A DNA stretch of 57,666 nt from Prorocentrum cordatum (Eukaryota). The stretch lies in assembly GCA_963575745.1 (NCBI GenBank), contig CAUYUJ010000005.1:62001-119666 (forward strand), read 5' to 3'. Position 1 is the first letter of the stretch. The number at the start of each line of letters is the position of its first letter. The notes below the pieces were generated by a model. The model did not search any database. It saw only the letters and a list, made by a program, of their open reading frames with translations, and was not told the origin of the DNA. The translations under genes were made by a program, and so were the position numbers. Shown piece by piece: positions 47,727 to 57,666 of the stretch.

Positions 47727-50700
47727 TCGTAAATTGCCCCCGCTGCTTCGACCAGACCTTGCTTTGTTCGTTCTTGCAGGCGACTTCAACTTCGTAGTCT
47801 CCCACGCTGATCGCTGGAACAAGTCGTCGGGAGCGCACAGCGGCGACAGCGATGCGGCCGAGGCTGGTCATTGGCGCCGCACGCTGCCACCCTCGAGTCT
47901 TTACGAGTTGCACCAACCAGAGCCCACCCATGCAGGGCCCGTCTCGTTCGCTCGTCTCGACCGGGTGTACGTCAACCAGCCCGTGGCCGACCAGTTGGAC
48001 AAATCGATTTTCTCTGTCGCTCTACCCTGGACGAGCTTGTCGCACCATCGGCCTTTAGCCTTCGGCCGGTGCTCGAAGCCCATCCGGGCACCGCTGGACA
48101 AGGCCATCCCTGAGGCGATCGTCCAAGACGAACGCTGGCCCGTGCACGTTGCGGACGAGTACCGATCCCTGATGGAGCTCTCGCCAGAGGCTGGCCCGCT
48201 CATCCGCCTGCGCCGCCTCAAGGTGGCCATGCGGACGGTATCGGCTCGCCTTCTCGAAGAACGGGCTGCCGGGGACAATATGTCCGCGAGCGAGTCGCCG
48301 CTGAGCATGACGATGGCTGTGCTACGCCGGCTGGAACGGCACGGCCTTGCAGATGTGCCCGCGCTTCGTGCCAGGTATCCTGTGCTTCGTGATTTTCTCT
48401 CAGATGATCTTCTTCAGCATGCTCCTCATCGGTGTCTGTCTCGCCTTCGAGAACACGCCGTTGGCCTTGCGAGGGCGGATGTTCAGTCTTCTCTGCAACG
48501 CCTCCACGATGAGGCGCACGGTCTCCCCGACAACGTCCTGCGGCAGCGTCGATCCCAGGTGTTGCTGCAGCTCAAACGCATTGCGCCTGGGCGTTCGACG
48601 TCGCTGTCGGCGGTGGCAGGTGCAGACGGCGCCCTCCGCACAGACGGCCCCGGCATGGCCGCGGCCCTCAAGGAGCACTGGAGGGATACATTTTCCGCTC
48701 GTGCCTTGGATCGCACTCGCCGGCGGGAGTGGTTCCGCGAGGATGCCGGTCGCGCAAATGGCCTTCGCGCTGCTGCTCGCCAGATGCTCGGCGACACGTC
48801 TGCCTGGCAACTCCGCCGATCAGACATTCGACGTGCAGTGTCGTTGACAACCTCCTCTGCACCTGGTCCGGATGGAGTGCCGTATCTGGCATGGCGGCGC
48901 CTTGGGGCCCTAGCGGTCGACACTCTGTTCGATGCGGCCGTCGAGCTTTCCGAGGAGCATGGCCGCGACTCCCTGCTGGAGGCGTTCCCGCTGGATGCCA
49001 GGGGCGACACGGCGTTCAACTCGGCCAGCATGGTCTTTATCCCGAAAAAGACGGCACATGAGGCCAACGGTATCCGATACCATCTTCCTGGAGAGGTCCG
49101 CCCACTTTCCCTGGTGAGCACGGACAACAGATTGATGGCTAATGCTTATCGCTTGCGGGTGGAACCGCTGCTCGACAAGATCATATCGCCGGCTCAACGG
49201 GGCTTCTTGCCCGGCAGGTCCATGCTGCAGAACGTCGTCGAAATTGACAGCGACATGAGGGCGGCCAGCTTACAGGCCGAGCAGCCGGGCGCGGTCTTCT
49301 TCGACTTCGCGGCGGCGTTCCCGTCGTTGGCGCACGACTTCATGGAAGACGTGCTGGAGTTCCTGGAGCTCCCGCTGCCGTTCCGGCTCTTCGTGTCCAA
49401 TTTGTATTTCGGCAACGGCTGCAAAATCTCCGCCGGCGGGGAGCTGCACGAGGGCTTCAGCATCCGATCTGGGATCCGCCAAGGGTGCCCATTGTCACCT
49501 GTGCTATTCGCCCTCTGCGGCGACCTACTGCTCCGCCGCTTGCAGGGCTCGCTGCCGGGCGATACGCTGAGGGCGTGCGCGGACGACTTGGCCTTGGTTT
49601 CGCGGGACGTCTTCCTGTCGGCGCGCTGCTTTGTCCCTTTGTTTTCCGACTTCGCCGTCATCTCTGGTCTGTCGCTTAACTTGGGGAAGACCGTCTTCGT
49701 CCCCCTGGGTGACACTTCGGTGGGCAACTTTCGGCGCCAGCTTGAGGAGCGATTCCCGGGGTGGGGGGCCGCGTGCGTCAGGGATTGGGCAGAGTACCTG
49801 GGCTATGTACTGGGGCCTGGCGGGCGCTCGCGGTGCTGGCAGAAGGCGCTAGACAAGTATACCAGCCGCGCCGACCTGTGGGCGCAGCTTGGGCTTGGCC
49901 TGCATGACACCACCGTGGCGTACAACGTGTACGTGGCCTCGCTCCTTACCTTCCTCCTGCAGCTCGAGGTCCTTCCGGAGGATTGGGAGCACGCTGAGGC
50001 AGCAGCCCTCCGTCGATTGGTCCCTGGTCCTGCCCACTGGGTTCTCCCCGCTGACCTGCGAGCTCTACGGCGGCATTACGGCATGCCTCAAGAGTTTGCG
50101 GACATGAACGAGGTTTCGCTGGCCGCTCGTTTTCGCGTCGCTCACCGGGAGGCTGCAGCTTCTGGTGGCTTGGCCGTGGCATCGGCGGTTCGCCGCCTTG
50201 ACAGGTCGATCGCCGACGCGGATTTCTTCTGGCGCTATGTCCGGTGGTGTTCCTGGTTTCAAGGTGCCTACGTCCGCAACTTGTCTGCGGCAGTGTCCAC
50301 GTTCCAACGCGTAGGCATCGCCATCCAGACTGTGGAGGCCGACTTGGGAGCTGACGCCCCGCTCCCCCGCACTCGCGGGCAAGCCCGTCGCCTCGCCCAC
50401 GGCGTGCAGCGAGCGGCTCGGGCAGCGTGGTGCCGCACGTTGCGCAGCCACCCCGAGACGAGACTCATAGCGAAGTTGGCCAGGTGGCGGCTGCCGATCT
50501 ATCCGCGGCTTCGAGCCATCCGCGGGTCTGCAGTGCTGCAGCGTCTGGCCCGGCTGGTGCCGCCTCGCGTGGTCGCCGCAGTGCTTCGCACGTGGTTCAA
50601 TGGCTGGTGCACGGCCCGCCGTTTCCAAGCCCATGGGCGTTGTCTGTTCGGCTGTTCCATGGGGCAGGATTCTGTCGACCACTACATGGGCTGCCTCATG

Positions 50701-52728
50701 CTACACCGCCATGGCCAGCTTCGACTCCGGCTCCGCGCTGCGCCAACCTTCGAGGAGCGCGGCCTGAGGTTTTTTCTCCTCGCGGGCGCCCACGAGCTCC
50801 CAGACGTGATCCTCACCCGGCGGGCCCTGTTGCTCGCTGCGGCCTATCGGCTGCATTGCCGGTGCCGCCGTCAGCCGGCTTTCTCCGACCACGAAGTTCT
50901 ACGTCGCGCACTTGATCAGGCGGTGAGAGAGGCGGCTCAGGGGCGCGCTGGGGCTCTCCGCGCGGTGGACAGCGTCTGGGCGGACGAGGAGTTCGGCTTG
51001 TAGCCATGAGGGCACGTGCGCGCGCAGGTGCGCAACGAGCGCACCAGAGGATTTATTAACCACAGCTTGCGCGTGTGATGGCACTCTCCCTCTCCCTCCT
51101 CCGCTTTCCTCCCTCTCCCTCCCCTCCTCCCTCCGCTGGGATGCGACGCGTACGGCACTCGGGCAGTGCGAATGTTTGCCCCCCGGGCTGTTCACTCAGT
51201 GTTTGCCCCCAGGTGTGCTGCATAGGCGACGGCGGACTGCGGCCGCAAGCGTGTGTGCACGTCAGTGCTCCCTCCCCTCCCCCTCCTCGTCCTCCTCCCC
51301 TCCCCTCCCCCCTTCTTCCCGCTCCATCCTCTGGCGGTGTGCCGGCCTATCTGGCGATACTTTGCCACGGAACCTCCCAATGAGGCACCGCACCAGTCCT
51401 TTGACATGTGTTCTGTTGTGCGGACGTCGGGTGGCCTGTGTCCCGGCCGCGTGGCCGAGGCCCCTGCTCGTGATGCTGTGCTCACCCCTCTGCTGTGCAA
51501 CGTAAGGCTGAATAGACATGGCCGGAGCGTTGCACGAGGTGATCGGGTGTAGAGGTGATTTCTTCTTTTCCAGTGCTCGGTAACAGAAACGGTTGCAGTG
51601 CGCAACGTCTTCTATCCACTCCATGGGATAAATGGTTTCTGTTTTATTCCTCACCTCACGCTCACACGCCGGTGCCGGGTCAGAAGGCTCTGCTGTGCTC
51701 GATTGTGCTTCACATAATGGGCTGGCTGGCGGACTGCCGAGGCCCAGCCGAGAATGCTTGGCGCATCGAAGCTGCTGTCGTGGGTCGCGAGGTCCGCTAA
51801 GGCGCCAGCTAGGGTGGCTGGCAGCGGCTGGTGCCGTCGTGCTGTTGGCCATCACTGCTGGTGCCTGAGTGGCCCTCGGCCTGTGCGGAGGGCTGCGGGA
51901 CCGTGACGGCGGGAATCCCGCGCCCTCCACCTTTTCCCTTGCCTGCCAGCCCTCTTTCGATTCTGTAGTCGCGCCTCGATCCCCGCTTTCGCCCCCTCCT
52001 TCTCCCTGAATTGCCCGTGGCTGGTCTTCCGCACGCGGCCCGCAGTCTCGGCGGCGCTTCTGGCCCCGCTGCTCCTTGCCAGCCGCATGCCCAAGATGCA
52101 TGCCTATCGGGCGACTTTGCATGATATTGAAAATCTTCAGGCTGAGCCCAGCTCGTCTATTTGTTTCGGGAAGTGCTGCCTTGAGCGCGTCTTTTCTCCT
52201 CGCCTCCCCTCCCCCGGGCTCCTCTCTTGCTCCGTTGTGGATTTATCGACGTGGCCATTTGGGCCGCCAGGGGTGCATAGATCTGCAGTGCTCGATTTAG
52301 TCCCAGGGTGCGAGTGCATGCGTCGGCTCACCTATTGCAGGTTGGCTTGAGCGTGCTCTTTGTTTTGGGCTTGATTCCCTAGGCTCCTCACCCCCCTCCT
52401 CCTGCGCTGTTTCACCTCTATGCCGGTATTTGTCCACCAGCTGCTGCGCAATGCAGCCGATTTTGAAAACCACGTTGACCGCTCCTCCCTCTTGCCTCCT
52501 CCTTCTCCTCCTCCTCCTCCAGGTTCGTGGTGACGTTTATCCGGCCCGCCATTTTCGAGCCTTGCCGCTAATCAGCTTTTGTGCGGTACGAGGCCGTGTC
52601 CGTGCGCAGTGCCAGGGGATGGCAGCAGCTCATATTGGGGTGCGCTCATAGCCCCCCCATGAGGGGAAGCGGATTCGGTGCTGTGTCGCTGTGGGAAAGA
52701 ACCTGCTGAGTGTTCGCTGAAAAAAAAA
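47727..52728 (+). mobile_element. 5'-truncated L1/Tx1-like LINE inserted in the satellite
   Basis: Satellite stops at 47726 and resumes at ~52760; A9 at 52720-52728; assignment of the 1.7-kb 3' region to the element is inferred. Confidence 0.7.
47728..51003 (+). pseudogene. pol: LINE ORF2 (partial APE + RT + Cys/His tail), open frame but YADD changed to CADD
   Basis: LAGDFN, ARLDRVY, SAPGPDG, RPLSL, QRGFLPGR, FDFAAAFPSL, GIRQGCPLSP, ACADDL, EYLG, CLFGC..DSVDHY..C. Confidence 0.92.
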
Positions 52729-53044
52729 CAGCTTCAAGCTGGCAGCCCTTGTATTTTCTAAACGATTGTGCGCGGCGGTAAGGTTAGAACGAGATTTTGA
52801 AAATCACCCGCCCTCCATGTGTGAAACTGTTGCCAGTTTTTAAACTTGAGGCCCATCAATAGCAAGGGCATCTCAGGCGAAGCGTCTGGCCCGCCCTTCG
52901 ACTGGTCTCCGGGTGCGACAGGGAGGAGTTACAGTCAACTCGCATAGTGAGGATGAGCGACTTTGCAAGGCTACCTTTGCATCTTTCCCCTTCGGCCCAT
53001 CTTTGCCCGCTTTCGCTGGCCCCGCCCCGCCCATCCACGATGTA

Positions 53045-53690
53045 ATACACCCTCCTACCAAGCTCCCTTGTCGTAGGACCCTCTAAGTATTTATTTCCAC
53101 TGAGGGGAGTGCCCCGTTGGGAGGTCAGTTCAAAGATCCTGAAGCGTGCCGAAACACCAGTCTCGGAACTCCAACGCCACGAATCAACCTGTCTGTTGCG
53201 GCGTTGCGATCTTGAATCGTGCCAGAACGCCGTTTTGGGGACTTCAGCACCGCTGGTCAGGGTAACTGTTGCGCTTTGAGAGTCCTGAATCACACCAAAG
53301 CGTCATTGCTGGTATTGTAACCCTGCGAATCCGTGACATCATTTCGATTTTTCAGAACGAATGTGCGCGGCGTTATTGCGAGAGCCATCTTTTGAAAAAG
53401 ATCCGCCCTCAATCCGTGCAATATGTGCAACTGTCCAAAACGAATGTGCGCGGCGCTGCGGCGAGAGCGACACTTTGCGAACGACCCACCCTCAATCCGT
53501 GAACCGATGGCAGTTCTTAAGGCGAATGTGCCCTGGCGCTCAGGCGAGAACCACGTTTCGAAAACGGCTCGCCCTCCATCCGTAAAGCCCTCGCACATCT
53601 TGAAACGAATGTGTGCGGCGCCGAGGCGAGAGCCACACTGTGCAAACGACCCGCCCTCAATCCGTGAAGCTGTTGTCAGTTTTGAAGCTC
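53045..53690 (+). repeat. Repeat family J head plus satellite units
   Basis: gaatgtg[c/t]... unit cores near 53359, 53442, 53524, 53607. Confidence 0.8.
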
Positions 53691-53699
53691 CAGTCTCAC

Positions 53700-55010
53700 C
53701 GTGGCGAGGACATCTCGGGCGAAACGCCTGGCCCGATTGGCCTCGGGGTGCGGCAGGTCGGAGTTATTCATAGGGACAAGGAATGGATTGCCACGGGTGG
53801 TCAAGCTGCGGCTGGGTGGTCAAGCTGCGGCTGCCGTGGATTGCCATGGGCGGCTTCAATTACGACCCGCGCCCATCGGTGACCGCCCCTGGGGGCCGCG
53901 AGGTCAAGGGCAGCGCGCTGGCGCGGGCGGCGGAAGGCGCCTGCGGGGCAGATGCGACCGAGCAGGACTTTTGCTGGATGGGCGAGCGCCTGGCGGGGGT
54001 CTTCGACGAGGTGAGGCCCTTCGAGAATGTGTCTCGTGCAGACCGCCGCCCTGCGTGGATTTTTGCGCGAGGCGAGCGCGGGCAGCCTGCGAGAGCCGGG
54101 CAGCCAGGAGGCTCAAGCAGTGCCCTATCTCCAGACCCCCGCCCTCGCGACCGCCGCGGCTGGTCGCCTTCCCAAGGCTTGAGAACACTGGCCGCCGGGC
54201 TGAGCTGCGTCGGAGCGGAGGTAGAGGTCAGAGACTTGCTCGTCTCGGGCGAGGCTCGAGCGGCGAAGTGCCAGGGTCGGGGGGCCGTGCGCGAGGCAGT
54301 GGAGGCGCGGCTTGTCTCCGCGCGCCGCAGCCGCGTTGCTGACCGCTGCCCCGCGAGGGCCTGGTGAGGGGTCTTTGAGGAGCTGGCGTGGATTTGCTTG
54401 CTGTTGCGTGCTGCGCGCTTGGATGCGATTCCAGGGCCCTGCTCGCGGAAACTGCCGGCCGCGCCCCCCAGGCATGGTTTGCCCATCGTGACGGAGAGCT
54501 ACCAGGGCGAGACGCGACGCTGGCTGTTGCGACGGCTGCGACGCGCTGACCACCGCTGGCAACAGATGGAAGGCCGAGGCCCCGCTCTTCTCGAGGCGCC
54601 GAACGAGCCCGCCGGCGGCGGGTCGACCGTCGCCACCGTGGGGGGCGTCGGCCTTAGCATGTGCTTCGGCAGACGGAGGGCGACGGCGTGATGCGCCCAG
54701 CCGACCCGCGTCGGGCCTTGCCAGATGCGCTCTACAACGAGCTGTCCAACAAGTGCCCCAGGCATGGGGGTTACCTGCATCGGATGCGCGACTGGAAGCA
54801 AGCCTGAAAGGGGCCTTCTCGTCGGTCAAGAAGGCGGCTCCTTGCCCGACATCCAGGAAGCAGATGCCGTTGAGCCAGCCGTGTGGGAGGCCATCTGGAA
54901 GGTTGGGCGTGCTTCTTTGCCAGTCAAAATCGTGATTGGCAAATGGCGTCGCGCGCCCGCGGTGGCAGCAGGTGCGCTGGCCCCCCGACACCGAGGCTAG
55001 CCAGCTACGG
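53700..55010 (+). pseudogene. Heavily decayed LINE APE/linker fragment
   Basis: LPWIAMGGFNYDP resembles the WIxxGDFN motif; multiple frameshifts. Confidence 0.5.
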
Positions 55011-55017
55011 GCCATAT

Positions 55018-55180
55018 TCAGGAGGGGGAAAAAAACACAGACACACTTAATCGTCGATTCCCCAGAACATATGGGAAACTATGGGAAGTGGGGGGGAAGA
55101 CAAAAACCTAGAAACTATGGGAAAATATAGGGAATATTTTTATGTGTGTGTATTTATCTGTGTGTCCCAGGGCCCCTTCA
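55018..55180. mobile_element. MITE family C copy 3
   Basis: TSD catat (55013-55017, 55181-55185). Confidence 0.88.
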
Positions 55181-55325
55181 CATATGCACACTGGCGCAAG
55201 TGGATGACGGGTCTCGGCATCGGTGGCTCGCGCTTCGGGCGCCTCGGCAGGCCGCCTCGGGTGGCCCGTCGGCGACTGCCTGGGCTGCTTGGCCCAGATC
55301 CTCGTGGCGCGCGAGGTCCCGTGCT

Positions 55326-55529
55326 TCGGGGGCCTAGAGGTTGACACCAACACCAAGATCGGCGGTGTTCCTCCACCGAGGGAAGAGGATCCCGATCTCG
55401 GTGATGGTGGTAATATTCTGGCTTCCAAAGCGACCGAAATATTACCACCAACACCGAAATCGAGGATCATCTTCCCCCTGTGGAGGCAACCCCCTGTGTT
55501 GGTGTTGGTGCCAATTTCCGGGCCTCCCA
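55326..55529. mobile_element. MITE family B copy 2
   Basis: TSD gtgct (55321-55325, 55530-55534). Confidence 0.85.
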
Positions 55530-55677
55530 GTGCTCGCGACGCACCGCGATTCCGCGTGCGGACCTTCCTTCCTGCCTGCGACGGAGGGCGGCGGAGGTGA
55601 GCCGCCTCGCCCTCTCCCCCGCTCCCGTGCGCATCTTGTCAGCTGTGAGGGGCCCTCTCCTGCGACGATGGGGAGGA

Positions 55678-55830
55678 TGCTGGGCCTGTTTTCCACCACC
55701 ACCACCATAAGTTGGAGGGAGAGGGGGTCCTCTTCCTCCTCCTCCTCCTCCTCTTCGTCCTCCTCCTCCTCGTCCTCATCCTCCTTCCCCCTCCAACTTA
55801 TGGTGGTGGTGGTGGAATACAGGCCCATCA
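55678..55830. mobile_element. MITE with a (CTC)n core
   Basis: ~42-bp TIR tg.tgggcctgt.ttccaccaccaccaccataagttggaggg; TSD gagga (55673-55677, 55831-55835). Confidence 0.9.
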
Positions 55831-55869
55831 GAGGAGAGCGCGCGCGGTCCTTCGACTGGGCCGCGCCTG

Positions 55870-57666
55870 GCAGCAGTGGCGAATGAGCGGTTTGGGGGTC
55901 AATGTTTGATGGCGAGTCGCTGCAGGGTCCGCCGCGCACGCCGCGCAAGTCTGCCGCCGCGTCGATGGAGCTCGAAGAGGCTCGCGAAGACGTTGCTCCA
56001 AATTTGATGTATGCGACCTCGGAGTGATGCGGCAAGTGCCCATCGGTGTCGTGGCGCTGTCGCTGGAGTCCTTTGCCTTCCCAGGGGTCGTGCGCCATCT
56101 TCGTGCGCGTTGGTGGGCCTCCCGGCGGGGTCCAAGTATGCTGGCCGTCTCTTGCATGTGGTGCTTTGCCGGGCCCTGGACTTGGCTCCGAGCTGAACAT
56201 CGACGAGAACGTGGGCGACATCGCGATTCGCGCCGCCGGCGACGACGGGCAGCTGGGGTCTTCCCCGAGGTGGGCGCCATGATCATTCGGCTCCAGGGGG
56301 GCATCATGGGCATGGAGCTTTCAAGAGGGCCAGCAGGGCCAGTCGAAGCACGTTGCCACTCCGAGGCCCTGGCCCGCGAGCTTAACCAGAGGCGGGGATG
56401 CTGGGGCCCGGGTGTCCAGTGAACGAATGATGGTTAGGGTTGGGCTGCCAGCGACAGCGGCGACGTAATAACAGTACTCGCGACAAGAGGATGCGCGTCG
56501 CAGGATGGAAATGGTTGAAGACAGCCGCGTGGATGCGGCGCACAGTCTGCGTTGGGCCAGTCACCCAGCGGGGCCTCAAGACCTCCATCGCTTTCGGCGC
56601 GTCCTGCACGGGTACTTCGGCCTCGGTCGTGTCCGTTGTCGCAGGGGTGTCGGGCGGTGCGCGCAGGGGTCGGTTGTGTCTGGTCTGGCGCCCTGGGCTG
56701 GGCGGCCGCGCCCCGCGCCGACGGGGCCGAGTAGTTGCGACTGGCGCCCAAAGAGACGCAAGCTGATTTTGCGGGCATGGGGGCGGTAGCTTCCTGGCGT
56801 TGGGCGCGCGCTGATGGCGGCGCCGAGTGGCTCTTGCGCAAGGGCGGGTGGTGGTGATGGTGGTGGTGGTGGTGGTGGTGGGGGGGGGGGGGGAAGGAGG
56901 TGCCGCGATAATCGGGGCGCGCGAGCTGAGCTGGGAGATGACGGGCCCCCGTCATATGAAGCGAGGTGCGGAGGCATCGCGCTTCGACGCGCGCGAGGCG
57001 TCGCCCGTGGAGATGATCCACGAGGCAGGGGGGTCCGTCGCTACCAGGGGGCTCTTCGACTTGGCCCTTGCGACGGACGAGAGGTCGCGCTTGAAGCCGT
57101 CGCCGTCGCTGCCCCTCCCAAAAAAACGGCCATGGGCGCTGAGACGGACGATCCATGATGGGCGAAACAACGCGTCCAATGCATGAAAACGTCGGTGTTG
57201 GGGGGGCGCGCGCCCCAGGCGTGCTGCTTTGGGGCGGGCCATGTCGGCGCGGACATTTGCGCGCTCTTCCAGTGGGGTTCGGGTTTCGGGCGGCGCTCTT
57301 ACTGCGAGTGCGGCGCGGGCGCGTGCGCGGCTGTGCGCGTGCGTCTCGCGATCCAGAACAGAACATTTGCCCCTGTGATACCGCCCCGTCAGGCATCGCA
57401 GCGGCGAGTGTTGAGACTATTGTCGACGAGATGTAATGCGCCCGAGGGCTCATCGCACATCCAGTATTTGGATGTGCCGTTCCTGACCCACCCGACGTTT
57501 CCCAGCATGGGGGTGGGGGCGCCCTTCCCGCTCCTTCGGGGTGGGTGACGGCGGACGGTGGCGTTTTTACACCCCGAACTTGTCGAGCTGTCTGCTTGTG
57601 GTTTCGCGGCTATCTCTTGAGACGGGACGAAGAAGTTCGAGGCCCAGTTTATTTCTGGCCCCATCC
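55870..57666 (-). pseudogene. Possible very decayed LINE RT on the minus strand
   Basis: PRAHYISSTIVSTLAAAM..AVSQGQMFCSGSR weakly resembles the RPLxLxNxxxKxxA...QxGFxxGR region; no intact motifs. Confidence 0.35.

Overview
Eukaryotic, GC-rich, repeat-dense DNA. GA/GC/GT splice donors, a G after every acceptor and huge (GAT)n/(GAG)n tracts point to a dinoflagellate (inference). One host gene can be assembled across ~29.5 kb (12593-~42100, + strand, at least 8 exons). It fuses a MYND zinc finger to a GT7 (beta-1,4-galactosyltransferase-family) catalytic domain and has no signal-anchor. Its introns look transposon-made. Intron 4 is exactly a 198-bp T...A-ended inverted-repeat element plus a 5-bp target duplication (GGTGG) that supplies both splice sites. 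At least seven other T...A MITE families with 5-bp TSDs lie free in the window. About 100 bp upstream of the gene is an apparently intact ~6-kb LINE (APE-RT-3 zinc fingers) with no upstream ORF1, but with a 291-aa codon-optimised ORF after the RT and Zn-finger domains, nested in another frame of pol. Also present: a second near-intact L1/Tx1-like LINE inserted in an ~84-bp satellite, several decayed LINEs with repeated A>G/T>C changes at catalytic codons, a foldback element, and microsatellite-carrying composite repeats. Exon boundaries were read by eye and need RNA-seq confirmation.
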